Below the pieces are notes generated by a model. It saw only the letters and a list, made by a program, of their open reading frames with translations. It was not told the DNA's origin and did not search any database. Shown in pieces: positions 20,482 through 31,263 of a stretch of 64,000 nt of DNA. How positions within the stretch are numbered: the stretch's first letter is position 1; every line of letters begins with the position of its first letter. Made by a program: the position numbers and the translations under genes. This DNA is from Candidatus Bathyarchaeota archaeon (GTDB lineage Archaea > Thermoproteota > Bathyarchaeia > Bathyarchaeales > Bathycorpusculaceae), in assembly GCA_963833575.1 (NCBI GenBank), contig CAWHXY010000004.1, positions 384,001 through 448,000 of the forward strand. Direction: 5' to 3'.

Positions 20482-20588
20482 AAGAGTTTGCTGAGGCTCT
20501 GTCCACTTTAGGAGAAAAGAACGCAAATGCAAATGCGCTATCACGATTGCTAATATCATGATTAAGCCAGAGTCCTATTCAGCCTCTT
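20482..20588 (-). ncRNA. Putative BHB-flanked antisense RNA, copy 1 (predicted 90-nt excised product)
   Basis: Minus RNA AAGAG-GCUG-AAU-AGG..CUCUG / CAGAG-CCU-CAGC-AAA-CUCUU; homologous to 29361-29475. Confidence 0.7.
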
Positions 20589-20611
20589 CTATTATGTTCT
20601 TTGTTGGGACT

Positions 20612-20632
20612 AAAAAAAAGGAATAGGGTTTT
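20612..20632 (-). terminator. Pyrimidine/oligo-T terminator of beta-propeller gene
   Basis: Minus strand AAAACCCTATTCCTTTTTTTT, similar to 16376-16394. Confidence 0.5.
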
Positions 20633-20644
20633 GATTGTGGTTGC

Positions 20645-23173
20645 TTATGCTCGTTTTCTGAGCATTAGCACCATTACCATGCCGACTATTGCTATCGCAA
20701 TGATAATTGCAACTACTGCTGGGACAAAGTACGTATCGTATGCTGAAGTGTTATTCTGGACTATTGGTTGAGATGTTGCTGCTGGTGCATTTTCTACGTT
20801 TATGGCAGTTTCAGCTGTTGATCCATAATATGAATTGGAGCCTTCGAAATTAGTAGAGACTGTGTATTGTCCTGGGACACTTGGAGTGAAAGTAAAGCTG
20901 TAGTAGCCGTTTGCATCGCTTGTTGCTGTACCAACTGTGTAAGTATTGTTGTTGGGGTCGAGAACACTGATTGTAACGGGTACTCCTGTGGCGTTAGTTG
21001 GTCGTGGATACTGCATATAGACATATTGCATCCATTCTGTTTGACTTGCGTCAGAGACAGCGGGTACACCTAGTGGGAACCGCGCAGCGACATCATATGT
21101 TTTGGTGCCTGGGGCTATATCAGTAACATACCCTTGCACCATTACTTTATCGCCGTTTATTGATATTGTCGGATCTGCTTGAACTGTTGTTTCAGTTGCG
21201 CCTTTTCCAAATGCATATATACGGTTGTCGTATCCTGCGTTGAGTCCTGCAATTACTCCGTCACCGATAACTGGCGTTCCGCCCCACCAACTGTCAAACC
21301 AACTGCAGGTGTATATTACCTGACCGCTTGTTGCGTTGAGGCAGGTCATATATGCACCTTTAGCTTGTAGGTTGGGGTGGTGTGTTGCGTAGGACAAGTA
21401 GAGTTTTCCGTCAGTAGCGAACCAGAACACTGTCGGCCAATTGTTGCTCCACAAGACTTGAGCATAGTAGTCTGTACAGTTGTAGGTCCATAATCTTTGG
21501 CCAGTGTGGATATTGTAGGCAATTGTCATTCCGCTCTGGCGTTCGCTGTAGAAGATGCCATATGCGATCATGGGGCCGTACCATTTGTCATAGTACGCAA
21601 GGTATGGTTCTTGGTCGGTTTGCCATAAGTAAGCACCCGTGTCTAAACTAAAGCCGTAGAATCTTAGACTTTCTCTGCAAGATATAATGAATACACGATC
21701 AGTGAAGCTCACATCACTCCATACCCAAGTTCCTCCGGTAAAATCTGATGGTACTGTCCAAGTGTTATTGAAGATCAGTTGTCCAGCGGTCCCTACCTTT
21801 GTGCTTATAGCCCATGAAGTAATTGTTGGTCCGGTTGCACCTGGGAATGCGGATGATGTTGATCCAAGTACGCAATCGTCAAATTGAGCATTGCAAACAG
21901 CTCCGGGCAAACCAAGGGGTATCGAAACGTTATAATCATAACCTTGGCTTGCGTCTATTATGCTTCCGATTGGAGTCCAACTGCCATCACCGACTGACCC
22001 CGTAAGCTGTGGGTTGATTGCTCTGCTTGAGTTCCATTCAGTCAACCTACCATTTGTAGTGTCAACGGTGTATCTGTAGATTACGCCATCTGGTCCATAG
22101 TAGTTGTAGTCTGGATTTCCCGCAGGCACGTTTATTAGTTGATATAGCCAGCGTCCAGTAAGAGGGTCATACGCATTCCAAGTATAGGATAATGTTTGCC
22201 CGAATGCACCGGTTACAGGTGTCGAAGTGAATAAGTATGCGAAAGTGCCGTCAAGGTTGAATCCTTTCCAGTGGAAGACTTGGCCAAAGGATAGGCGTGT
22301 GTTGTTCCAGTTCTTTTCCCAAAGTTGTTCTCCAGTTTTAAGGTTTATAGCTACAACTGTTTGTTCAGATATTGGTGCTCCGGTTGAATCATATCTGTTG
22401 AAGTACAATACGCCGTTGATTACTATTGTGTTTAAGAATTTGCCTACGTATGCATCGCCCATCTCCATTCCTCCTCCTTCAGCGGTAATGTTGCCGCCTG
22501 CCAATCCTCCTTCAGCGTATTGATAAGTCCATAGTACGTGAGCGGTTTCAGGTGCACCTTCGTTACCGGGTATGTACTTATCATCTGGGGGCATTGTGTA
22601 ACTTCCTATGGCTCTTAGCCAGTCACCGGTCAATGGAGCCCATTGTTCGAATTGGGCGTTTATTGGACGGTTCCAGTATTCAGTTGGCAGTGGGAAAGCT
22701 GGAAAATAAGCTATTGGGTTTTGCTGTACTACTAGGTAAGTTATTGGACTGTCACTGGCGGCGTATGGTATGGAGCCAACTCCTACGAAGGGAATTGCCA
22801 TGTTTTGTGCTGGGAAGTGGGTTTGGAATTTGTATGTGCCGACCATTGTTGGAACATAAATTGAGCCTGTCCCCCCTGTTGCGTCAGTACTAAATGGGCC
22901 TAGGGTTTCAGTGGTGTTGTCAGGTTTTGTTACTGTTACAGTCAATCCTGTCCATTTAAAATAGGTTCCAGCTGTGGGTTCTGATATTCCGATGTGGAGA
23001 AGGACTTCTTGGCCAACGCCGACTGGATTTGGGGTAGTTCCGAGAAACGCATATGTTTTTTTAGGAGTTGCTGTTGTTGTCTGCGCATTGCTTGTTGGAT
23101 ATGCTGCAATTAGAGAAACTGCAAATGCAAGTATAATAAATACTGCTGCGATTTGATTTATGCTTGTTTTCAT
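20645..23173 (-). CDS. Secreted PQQ-like beta-propeller surface protein (paralog of 13533-16355)
   Basis: Signal peptide, PNPVGVGQ, TLGPFSTD, PAVSDASQ..GVPVTI, C-terminal TM anchor. Confidence 0.85.
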   Translation of the reverse strand: MKTSINQIAAVFIILAFAVSLIAAYPTSNAQTTTATPKKTYAFLGTTPNPVGVGQEVLLHIGISEPTAGTYFKWTGLTVTVTKPDNTTETLGPFSTDATGGTGSIYVPTMVGTYKFQTHFPAQNMAIPFVGVGSIPYAASDSPITYLVVQQNPIAYFPAFPLPTEYWNRPINAQFEQWAPLTGDWLRAIGSYTMPPDDKYIPGNEGAPETAHVLWTYQYAEGGLAGGNITAEGGGMEMGDAYVGKFLNTIVINGVLYFNRYDSTGAPISEQTVVAINLKTGEQLWEKNWNNTRLSFGQVFHWKGFNLDGTFAYLFTSTPVTGAFGQTLSYTWNAYDPLTGRWLYQLINVPAGNPDYNYYGPDGVIYRYTVDTTNGRLTEWNSSRAINPQLTGSVGDGSWTPIGSIIDASQGYDYNVSIPLGLPGAVCNAQFDDCVLGSTSSAFPGATGPTITSWAISTKVGTAGQLIFNNTWTVPSDFTGGTWVWSDVSFTDRVFIISCRESLRFYGFSLDTGAYLWQTDQEPYLAYYDKWYGPMIAYGIFYSERQSGMTIAYNIHTGQRLWTYNCTDYYAQVLWSNNWPTVFWFATDGKLYLSYATHHPNLQAKGAYMTCLNATSGQVIYTCSWFDSWWGGTPVIGDGVIAGLNAGYDNRIYAFGKGATETTVQADPTISINGDKVMVQGYVTDIAPGTKTYDVAARFPLGVPAVSDASQTEWMQYVYMQYPRPTNATGVPVTISVLDPNNNTYTVGTATSDANGYYSFTFTPSVPGQYTVSTNFEGSNSYYGSTAETAINVENAPAATSQPIVQNNTSAYDTYFVPAVVAIIIAIAIVGMVMVLMLRKRA

Positions 23174-23571
23174 GTTTTACATTCCTTTCATTTTCGTGTT
23201 TTTCATGTCGGCTTATTCAGTTTATAAGACTTTTCAATACAGCGGTAGCATATGACTTTTATTTAATTTATTTCAACATTATCGCTAAAAATAGTTCATT
23301 ATGTTCATTCTGTTTATCACATCATTTCAAAATTGAGGACACACCTTTTCGCCTTGTGCGCAGTTTCTTGACTGAGTGGGCCAAAGATGGCCCCAATGTT
23401 CACAAAACTTGATGTTTATGGTTTTTTCAAAATTCAAAAATGCCTAAATCTCAAAATCAAGAGTTTCTAATAAAAAACTTGAAGTGAATGAAAAGACGGG
23501 ACTAAAGTTTTCGTAACGTTATCATAATGGATATTAGCGGAAGAATCGATATTTCTTGTGAGGAATTATAA

Positions 23572-23826
23572 TTGATTAAAGGCAAATTTGAGGAGCAGAT
23601 TGTTGAGCCGTATTTACCAAACAAGATTGTTCCCCCAGAATATATTAGAGATGTCTTGAATGAGGCAAACCAAGATTTCCCATCTTTAGATTTTGAAATT
23701 GATGTCCCTCACAAATGGGCAATACAAGAGTACAAAGAAAGATACGAAGAGTTGGAACGCCAGATGATGGAAATTTTATCATGGCGCATAAGATGGTTTG
23801 GAAATAAAGAAACAGACAAAAAATAA
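23572..23826 (+). CDS. Hypothetical protein
   Basis: 84-aa ORF after GTGAGG RBS. Confidence 0.6.
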   Translation: MIKGKFEEQIVEPYLPNKIVPPEYIRDVLNEANQDFPSLDFEIDVPHKWAIQEYKERYEELERQMMEILSWRIRWFGNKETDKK

Positions 23827-25500
23827 CAACACTTGTTTCAAATCTCGATTATTTTCTTTTTTTTTTCTTTGTCCAAAATAAACCGAAATGGTCAGAGCAA
23901 TGACCACAATTGCAACTACCAAAAGTACAACTTCATTCTTAAAGCTAAGAAGGGTTGACGTAGAAGACTGATTTGACGGAGTTGCAGTGGATTGACTTAT
24001 CGGAGTTGAAGCCGGGGACGAAGATGGAATTGACAACGGGGTTGGCGATACTGCTGTGTGGGTCGGAGATGAAGTGGGGACGGCTGACGAATATGTTTGA
24101 GCGGTCGAAGAGTCAGCAACAAAATTAGCGGGTTCAATTAGGGTTAATTGAGGAGATTGTTCAAAGTCAAATGAGTTCATCATATCGCTGGCATTCACGT
24201 CTCTTACTCCAAGAGTTTGAAGATTGAAATTTACTTCTGCAAGTTTGAGCATCGACGAGAATTCGTATTGTGTGTGGTCGATATAGTGAGATTTTGCCCA
24301 AGGGGAAATGACCAAGGTTGGAACGCGGAAGCCTAAGCCGCTTTGATCAATTTGTGGTGGAGCAACGTGATCGTAAAAACCTCCATAGTCATCCCAAGTT
24401 ACTACGATGGCAGTTGATTGCCAATATGGGCTGTTCATAACTTGATTAATGAGGTATGAAACATAATCCATTCCAGCGTCCGAGCGGGCTGGAGGATGCT
24501 CACTGACAGATTCGTTTGCAAAAACTGAGGGCAAGGTCGGAGGATGCCAACTTCCAGGCATGATCCAAGACACTGCAGGCAAATTATTGTTCTGTATATC
24601 AACCGAGAAATTCTCCGTATTTTCTACGTGCGCCGAAAGCTCTTCAGGATGGATTTGGAAATAATTGAACAGAGGAAGAACATTCCACAGCGTGGGCTCA
24701 ATAGGATTTGTGTTCCCATCGTACCACTTCCAAGACAAATTACCAATAGAAAGTTCTTCAGCTAAAGTTGACCAGGTCAAGTTTGCTTCTGGCCAAACCA
24801 CAGTGGGAGCTTTACCGCCAGGAACAGTTATGCAGGGCGGATTATCAATTATGCTGCCGTTTGAAACCCAAGAATCATTTGAGTCGATTGGACCATCGGT
24901 CCCTGAAGCAATGTAAAGATGATTTGGAAAACTTGGTCCCATCTCAGAAGAAAAGAAATTGTCATCCAAGACATACTTATCCGCGTAATCCCAATAATAA
25001 GGGATATCACTTCTATTGTAATAGCCCAAAGTTAAGGTGCTTCCTTCAGCTTGGACAAAGCCATCCATTTTGCCGTTATCATAAGCCTGACGTGCAACTT
25101 CTGATGAATGATCAATGTCCTGGCCAATTGATTCAGAGATAAGATGAAACGGCAACTCAGAAGTGTTATTAACAGGCGCAAGATCTTCAGGATCAGCCAC
25201 TCCAGGTGGAAGTTCATCTCCTACTATTGAAATTGGTTGGGTGACGTTAAGATGGTAGGGTTCGACATAACCTGACGTTTCGTTGTTTGGGTCGACGGGA
25301 ACAGAGGTATTTGATAGAATGCCGTTAGCTCCAGGATAAGTTCCAAAGTAATTATCAAATGAATGGTTCTCTTGAACAATAAATATTAAATGCTGAATTT
25401 TTGTTTGAGAGTTATTGGAAGATTGAATTGGAAGAATAACTCCAGAACTTAAAATAAAGATTGAAATTATGATTGCCGCTGCAAACACGATTGTTTTCAA
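23779..25500 (-). CDS. Secreted phosphoesterase / phospholipase C (AcpA-like), membrane-anchored
   Basis: [41 protein letters not shown]; S/T/P linker plus TM. Confidence 0.9.
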   Translation of the reverse strand: MKTIVFAAAIIISIFILSSGVILPIQSSNNSQTKIQHLIFIVQENHSFDNYFGTYPGANGILSNTSVPVDPNNETSGYVEPYHLNVTQPISIVGDELPPGVADPEDLAPVNNTSELPFHLISESIGQDIDHSSEVARQAYDNGKMDGFVQAEGSTLTLGYYNRSDIPYYWDYADKYVLDDNFFSSEMGPSFPNHLYIASGTDGPIDSNDSWVSNGSIIDNPPCITVPGGKAPTVVWPEANLTWSTLAEELSIGNLSWKWYDGNTNPIEPTLWNVLPLFNYFQIHPEELSAHVENTENFSVDIQNNNLPAVSWIMPGSWHPPTLPSVFANESVSEHPPARSDAGMDYVSYLINQVMNSPYWQSTAIVVTWDDYGGFYDHVAPPQIDQSGLGFRVPTLVISPWAKSHYIDHTQYEFSSMLKLAEVNFNLQTLGVRDVNASDMMNSFDFEQSPQLTLIEPANFVADSSTAQTYSSAVPTSSPTHTAVSPTPLSIPSSSPASTPISQSTATPSNQSSTSTLLSFKNEVVLLVVAIVVIALTISVYFGQRKKKENNRDLKQVLLFFVCFFISKPSYAP

Positions 25501-25902
25501 AGCTTATTCGCCTATTTGCAGCACTTGGTTCGTTTGATGCACAGCCCTTCAATAAAATTATTGCATTAATAAATAAACCGCAAAAAGCTCTGAACAGTGA
25601 CTTCAAAAACAAAAAGCAGGGTACAGATATTTCTGAAGAGACAACCATTTGATTTTTGTTGCTTCAGTTTAGCGAGCGAGGTTCGTGCCTTAGTAATTGC
25701 AAAATTGGAGCTTGAAAATAGCGTGAAAATGAAAAAATGGGCAAATTCGCTTTTAATGCTTTCAGCACATCATTTCATTGTCTCTACTATCAATTGGAGA
25801 CAAATTCTTCGAACTAAGCAAATTTATTCCGACAGGTGCTTCACAAATAATTCTATGAACCGCAATGTAAACTAATAGAAACGACTTTTCTATGACCCGA
25901 AC

Positions 25903-27390
25903 CTAACATCTTCTCTTCTTCAAATAAGCAAAAACAGCTAGCACAATCGCAATCCCAATTCCCGCTATTGCAACACCAGTTATGATCCAAGTGTTGGAAG
26001 AAGGCGAAGGCGACGTTGAGGGTTGAGTTGAGTGAGTTGGAGTAGGTGAACCAAGTTGTGTCGGTGAAAGAGTTTGAGTTGGAGAAGGTGAGGAAGTTGG
26101 TGTCGGTGTGGTACTCGGTGACGTAGTTGGCGACGCTGACTGTACAGGAATAAAAGCACTTGAGCTTAGATTGGTAACCAAGCCGATTCTATATATTAAC
26201 CAACCCGTAGGGAAAGTGATCGTTCTCACTATTTGTCCAGCTGGGTTAACTTCAATTAAATCAGCTCCAGTATCATTGAAGCCCCAGGGTTGGTTTTCTG
26301 GAAATTGATGCGTTGGACTGCCGAAGTCACCAATCCAGTCTCCGTTTGGCAATATGTCGGTTGCTCCCAAAAATTGTGTATAGTATTGTTCTGGCGCAGT
26401 CCAACTCCAATTTACAAAAGCGGTCATGTTTTGCTCGTTTAATGTCAGCTCTATCATTTGGCTATTGGCATCATTTGGATTTGTTATGTTATCAAAATCG
26501 TTATTAAACATGGTAAAAACATCTGGTGCGACTAGCTCAAGGTCATGACTGTGAAACCAGAGGCTTGAAACTTGAGTGCCGTTTGCTCCAAGAAGGGTAA
26601 AGTTGCCAAACTGTCCACAAGCCCAGATAATGTCGCCGGATGTTTGATTAATTTTGTAGAAAGTATTTGTGTTCCTTACATTCAGATAGATTACGTTATG
26701 AGTGTAGTCCCAATCTAGAGCGTTGGCATGCGTGAAATCGATCACGGTTTGTCCATTGAGTGTAGCTGTAAGATTGAAAGGATCAGTTTCAGTGAGAGGT
26801 ATATGATCATAAGAGTCCCAACTCCACAAAATATTACCTGCGGTGTCAACTTCCACAATTTTGTCAACTAAAATCGAATTGTTTCCCACTTCTCTCACGT
26901 AATCCTGCAAAGTAAGAAATGTGTTATTGATCGGATCATATTCAAGGTCATGTTCACCAATAACTTCAGGAAAGTCTTGAGTTGAGTTTGAATCAACATT
27001 CCATATATGCGAAGCATAGGTCGGAGCGGCGTTTGATCCGTCTACCTCAGGCTCGCCCTGAAACATTAAAGTGTCCGTTGCAATGTTCTTCACGACGCCA
27101 TAGGCACCGTTGGATTCCCGAAGATCTATCAGTGTACCGTTGGTGTTCATAACCACCAAATAATCATTGAGTCCAAAAGCTAATAATCCATTCCAAGCGT
27201 TTCCAAATGTAGTAACAGTGCATGGCAAAACAAATCCTTGAGCGGCCACCTTTTGAACTGCTACTTGATCTATAGGGAAGAATCCAATGGAAAAAACAAG
27301 AATTACAATTAGTGTTGTAGTTTCAATAACAATTAGACTCTTAGATAACATAAAACTAAATTTCGCCTCAATTTCCTGAAAATCAGGCAA
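25903..27390 (-). CDS. Arylsulfotransferase (ASST) family, membrane-anchored
   Basis: WSWDSYDH, DFTHANAL, FHSHD, FNND; S/P/T linker plus TM. Confidence 0.8.
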   Translation of the reverse strand: MPDFQEIEAKFSFMLSKSLIVIETTTLIVILVFSIGFFPIDQVAVQKVAAQGFVLPCTVTTFGNAWNGLLAFGLNDYLVVMNTNGTLIDLRESNGAYGVVKNIATDTLMFQGEPEVDGSNAAPTYASHIWNVDSNSTQDFPEVIGEHDLEYDPINNTFLTLQDYVREVGNNSILVDKIVEVDTAGNILWSWDSYDHIPLTETDPFNLTATLNGQTVIDFTHANALDWDYTHNVIYLNVRNTNTFYKINQTSGDIIWACGQFGNFTLLGANGTQVSSLWFHSHDLELVAPDVFTMFNNDFDNITNPNDANSQMIELTLNEQNMTAFVNWSWTAPEQYYTQFLGATDILPNGDWIGDFGSPTHQFPENQPWGFNDTGADLIEVNPAGQIVRTITFPTGWLIYRIGLVTNLSSSAFIPVQSASPTTSPSTTPTPTSSPSPTQTLSPTQLGSPTPTHSTQPSTSPSPSSNTWIITGVAIAGIGIAIVLAVFAYLKKRRC

Positions 27391-27589
27391 GCAACTAAAA
27401 GAGTGGTAACTATCACAGACCTATAAAGAATTGTGATTGATTCGTAACAGTTACACCGTTTTGCGTTGTTACAATTCATTTGGAAAAAAGACAGCTTTAC
27501 GACAACATTCAGAAGTCAAAGCCGCGTCAATAACATACCGTTTTTGAACTTTTTTTATCGTTTAACTTGATGACTCAAACAGAATCTCA

Positions 27590-28846
27590 CTATAATTTAG
27601 AAAGTCTGGTTGATAATAACGGTACAATCATTTCTTCAGGCGTCATTCCGCCATGGGCACCATAGATGTTTTGGGGCGTTTCTCTTGGGCGGTATTGGTG
27701 GAGGATTATGTTTTTGCTGTGGCTCAATGCTGTAAAGGTTCCAACTGTTGTTTGTAGTCGATCTAAGTTCTTGACTGGACCAAACGCGCCTTTTTCAATT
27801 AGATCAGCTGACCGCATCACGCGGAATCCTTGAAGGCTGTTTTCCAAAGCTTCCCTGAGTGGCTCTTGTTGACCATATTTTGGGAAAAAATATGTGGACC
27901 GCATGTCTCCAGTCGGAGGTACAAGAAAAAGATTGGAAACGGGCGGTTGATTAAGAAAATGTGTTTGCCCCGTTTCCACTACGCCATGATCCGCGGTTAT
28001 AAGAAGCATCGTTTTCTGCTTTGTAACCATTGAAAGCTTCTCGATCAATTGACTTCTTAGAAGGCTTTCAAAGAGTTGTAGCTCAGCTGACACCTCCTCT
28101 GAATAGGGACCATATGAGTGTTCCATTGTGTCAATGCCTCCATAGTAAACGATTAAAAGAAGCTGTCCCGGCTGCTCAAGAGCCCGCTTAACCTGAACCA
28201 TCATGTCCGAAGCCAACGCATAACCAACCAAATCCTGACGCCTATGAATCAACCGTGATAAGCCGCTGCCCGCAAGATTTCTTCGCGTGAAAGTCTTAAC
28301 ATTGACACCTTCGTCAAGGAGCAAAGGCGGCCAGGGAAAAGAAGACTCTGAAAAAAAATCAACCAAATCAATTCCGCTACTATACCCGACAGCAGGCGCC
28401 ATTTCTAACGTGTTGAATATGAGTCCGTAATCGGGAACATACATGTTAAAGCCTATTACGCCGTGCAAAGAGGGAGGTACACCTGTGAAGATGCTAATTA
28501 AAGCGGTTGACGTGGTTGAGGGAAAAGAACTCGATAAAGCCTTCAAAACGCCCCTTTCTGCCAAATCATAGAAGCCGCCTTTAAACTTCTCCATATGAGA
28601 AACGAGGCGATCGTAGCCTAAGCCATCAACCACGAAAAGAACAACCTTGTCCACACCAGAAAAATCATCCACAACCGCACCTGAAAGATTCACCCTCACC
28701 AAAGCTTTAACAGAAAAGATTTTCCCAACAACTGAACCAATGTTGGCGATGTTGAACTGTTCATAATCTGGCAAAACAAAACTTTCCAAAAAAGAACGAC
28801 GACTAACCAACCCATTAACATCTTCTTTGAAAACATCAAAATCCAA
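27590..28846 (-). CDS. Alkaline-phosphatase superfamily phosphodiesterase / nucleotide pyrophosphatase
   Basis: VVDGLG, FPSTTSTA, TADHG, GAHGG..EEM.VP. Confidence 0.88.
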   Translation of the reverse strand: MDFDVFKEDVNGLVSRRSFLESFVLPDYEQFNIANIGSVVGKIFSVKALVRVNLSGAVVDDFSGVDKVVLFVVDGLGYDRLVSHMEKFKGGFYDLAERGVLKALSSSFPSTTSTALISIFTGVPPSLHGVIGFNMYVPDYGLIFNTLEMAPAVGYSSGIDLVDFFSESSFPWPPLLLDEGVNVKTFTRRNLAGSGLSRLIHRRQDLVGYALASDMMVQVKRALEQPGQLLLIVYYGGIDTMEHSYGPYSEEVSAELQLFESLLRSQLIEKLSMVTKQKTMLLITADHGVVETGQTHFLNQPPVSNLFLVPPTGDMRSTYFFPKYGQQEPLREALENSLQGFRVMRSADLIEKGAFGPVKNLDRLQTTVGTFTALSHSKNIILHQYRPRETPQNIYGAHGGMTPEEMIVPLLSTRLSKL

Positions 28847-28973
28847 ACAAATCCCACTCTATTTGAAGCAGAGCTTCCTTATATTTCTTAAAATAGGAAA
28901 AACAACCAGCTAAGATATGAAAAGGAAAAAGCAAAATAGCATTGAAATGTTACTTAAGTATAGAGGGAGTAAT

Positions 28974-29093
28974 TTGGAAGCATATGCTGTCTTAGGTAAA
29001 TTGGCTGATATAGATAAAAAATTAGAACTAATAGAACAACGATTGAGAAATATTGAAACAAAGTTAGATATCATTCAAGGTCACAAACCATAG
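28974..29093 (+). CDS. Coiled-coil microprotein (39 aa; in-frame ATG at 28947 also possible)
   Basis: GAGGGAG RBS; MEAYAVLGKLADIDKKLELIEQRLRNIETKLDIIQGHKP heptad pattern. Confidence 0.5.
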   Translation: MEAYAVLGKLADIDKKLELIEQRLRNIETKLDIIQGHKP

Positions 29094-29360
29094 AAACCAA
29101 ATGTGGATAATTAAATAATTACAAGAGCATCTTGTTAAATTACCCCTATGTTTCGCTGAAAAACACTTCTGTTTTTTTCAATAATAGCAAATTAATCACT
29201 TTACTTAAAGTCACTAAGAACCACGAACGTGTATGAGCCTACAGCCAAAGTTATTAATTTCAAAACGGTTTGCTGGACGCTTGATTAAATTGTCTTGCTG
29301 CAAAAACTATAGAACAGCTTCAGTCCAAAACGTTTTTTTTAGCTGCGAAAAATGTCGAGA

Positions 29361-29475
29361 AGTAGGGTTTGCTGAGGCTCTGGGAGTTTTCTTTTAGGAG
29401 AAAAAGAAAAATGCAAATACCATCACGATTGCTATTGTACTTCGTGAATTTAACCAGAGCCTACTCAGCCCCACT
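29361..29475 (-). ncRNA. Putative BHB-flanked antisense RNA, copy 2 (predicted 95-nt excised product)
   Basis: Minus RNA GGG-GCUG-AGU-AGGCUCUGG / CCAGAGCCU-CAGC-AAA-CCC; TATA-like ATATTCTTAAG on minus strand at ~29509-29519. Confidence 0.72.
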
Positions 29476-29638
29476 GTTTTTGATTGGTTAACTCTTATTG
29501 GCACATTCTCTTAAGAATATGTAATCAGTGCCACTTCTGACAGGAATTGGTAGCAATTTGAGACTAAATTTGACTGAATGTGGAAAAAAGTTGATAAGTC
29601 CCTGCAAAAATTCTCATTTGCTTTGAGGGAGAATAGCA

Positions 29639-30485
29639 ATGCTTCAAAGTGACGAAGCAACCGGAACACTAATGGATTTAGGACTTACGTATTTGCAAGC
29701 GAAAACGTACTTAAGTCTAACTAAGTTTGAAAAAGCGGAAGCCAATAAAATTGCGAAAATTTCGGATATTGCTCGACAAGACAGCTATAGAATAATGGCA
29801 ACACTTGAAAACCTAGGTCTTGTAGAAAAAATAATAGCAAAACCGATTTCATACAAAGCTACGCCTCTGAAAGAAGGCTCCTTAATGTTGCTACAAAAGA
29901 AAACTAAGGAGCACAGGATATTACAAAAGAAAACAAAATCACTTTTAGATGGTGACCAGAAAAGAAATCTTCTAATCGCTCATGAAGAAAACACACAATT
30001 CACAATTACTTCTGAAAGGAAACTTTTTGTGAAAAGGCTAGAAAAATCATTTGAAGAAGCTAAAACCTGTGAGAAGGTTTTTTCCAGCGGCAGGTTTACA
30101 TTTCACTTTGTTTCATTTTTTCCAAATTCTCAAATTGGCATTGAGGAAGGGTGCAAAAATTCGAATAATTACTGAAGCCACAGAATTCACCTCAATAAGC
30201 AAAAAAATAGAAATATTAGAGAAAAATCCTTTTTTCAAAATCAAATTTGCTTCTTCACCCATTAATTTTGGAATAATACTTTTTGATAACAAACAAGTGA
30301 ATATGTGCATTTCTAATAGTAGCCATGCAGAGGTTCCGAGTTTAGGCACCAATAATCAACAATGTGTAGAGGCAGCCAAAATGATGTTTGAAGTTATGTG
30401 GAATAATGATCAAGAAAGAAATATTAGAAATCTGGAAACTCTGCCTCAAATTGAGGAATTACATGAGAGAACTATTCAGCGCTAG
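29639..30485 (+). pseudogene. TrmB family regulator, frameshifted (or sequencing error)
   Basis: N-terminal TrmB HTH (LGLTYLQAKTY..LGLVEK) in one frame, C-terminal domain in another; shift at T-run ~30078-30083. Confidence 0.75.
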
Positions 30486-30615
30486 TGGCAATAAAAAGCA
30501 AAGCTCCTAAGGATTCACTGGTATTTCTACTCAAGCCCTTTTGTTGTAGCATTGTGTGACAACTTCACTTTATCCCTTAACTTGTATCGTGTAATTTGAT
30601 TAAGAAGTGTACTTT

Positions 30616-30740
30616 ATGGGTACTTGCCCTAATTGTGGAAAAGAAAATTCCAAGCCAAAGAAAACCATAGAGAACAGTCTATTTCATTTAACGTATTACA
30701 TTTGCGATAATTGCGGAAATCTTTTACAATATCCTCTTGA
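30616..30740 (+). CDS. Zn-ribbon microprotein (paralog of 3926-4066), probable 1-nt frameshift near the end
   Basis: MGTCPNCGKENSKPKKTIENSLFHLTYYICDNCG; one extra A would give KSFTISS-stop, matching paralog length. Confidence 0.55.
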
Positions 30741-30766
30741 GGGCATAATTACAGTGGGTCACCGGT

Positions 30767-31063
30767 TTAAACATGGGTCACATAGGATAACGATTCTTCC
30801 GTTTTTTCAAGAGGTTTTTTAGTATTGATCTTCGATAGTTCTTCCAACATGGAAAAACCAGTTAAGTGAAGTTGGATTCCACATTTGTTGCAGCAAATCA
30901 CCACTTCATCCAAACCGTGACTGTTGACTTTTGCTTCGATAATCGTGTATGCGTTCTCGGTGCAATCGTCGGGAGAAATAGTATTTCCGCAGCATGGACA
31001 TGAAAAGTCTCCTTTTCCACCAATTTTGTTCAAATCTATCATATACGTACTTTTTTGTTTCAT
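30767..31063 (-). CDS. Small Zn-finger protein (paralog of 8858-9097)
   Basis: IDLNKIGGKGDFSCPCCG..ISPDD..CCNKCG..LHLTGF. Confidence 0.8.
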   Translation of the reverse strand: MKQKSTYMIDLNKIGGKGDFSCPCCGNTISPDDCTENAYTIIEAKVNSHGLDEVVICCNKCGIQLHLTGFSMLEELSKINTKKPLEKTEESLSYVTHV

Positions 31064-31263
31064 CTTTCTTGCCTCCTTTACAGGTTTCAATGTTGTGGAG
31101 AGATTATTAATCGATTTTTCCGATTTCCACTCAAATAGGCACCAAATTACTACCAAATTGAGTTTGTTGAAAAATAAACGAAACTTTGGAAAGACAAGTT
31201 TTAGGTTCCAATTTGAGCAGCAAAACAAATAATTAGGAAAGGTTATTTCTGAACAAAGAGAGG

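Noticed and set aside
20482-20588. BHB elements as CRISPR repeats, MITEs or C/D-box sRNAs
   Set aside because: No array or cas genes, no transposase or target-site duplication seen, bulged rather than perfect terminal repeats, and no properly ordered C and D boxes.
23354-23405. Paired hairpins with CTGAGTG resembling a hammerhead ribozyme
   Set aside because: Lacks the CUGANGA/GAAA catalytic core.
23950-26140. Low-complexity repeats near the 3' ends of the phosphoesterase and ASST genes
   Set aside because: They simply encode S/T/P-rich linkers before TM anchors.
29264-29333. GGTTTGCTGGACGCT...AGCTTCAGTCCAAAACG as a further BHB copy
   Set aside because: Only a weak imperfect hairpin; central helix mismatched and no conserved loop.
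29411-29490. BHB elements as small peptide genes (AGGAG plus ATGCAAAT on + strand)
   Set aside because: Reading frames differ between copies (8 aa vs 26 aa) while the RNA structure is conserved.
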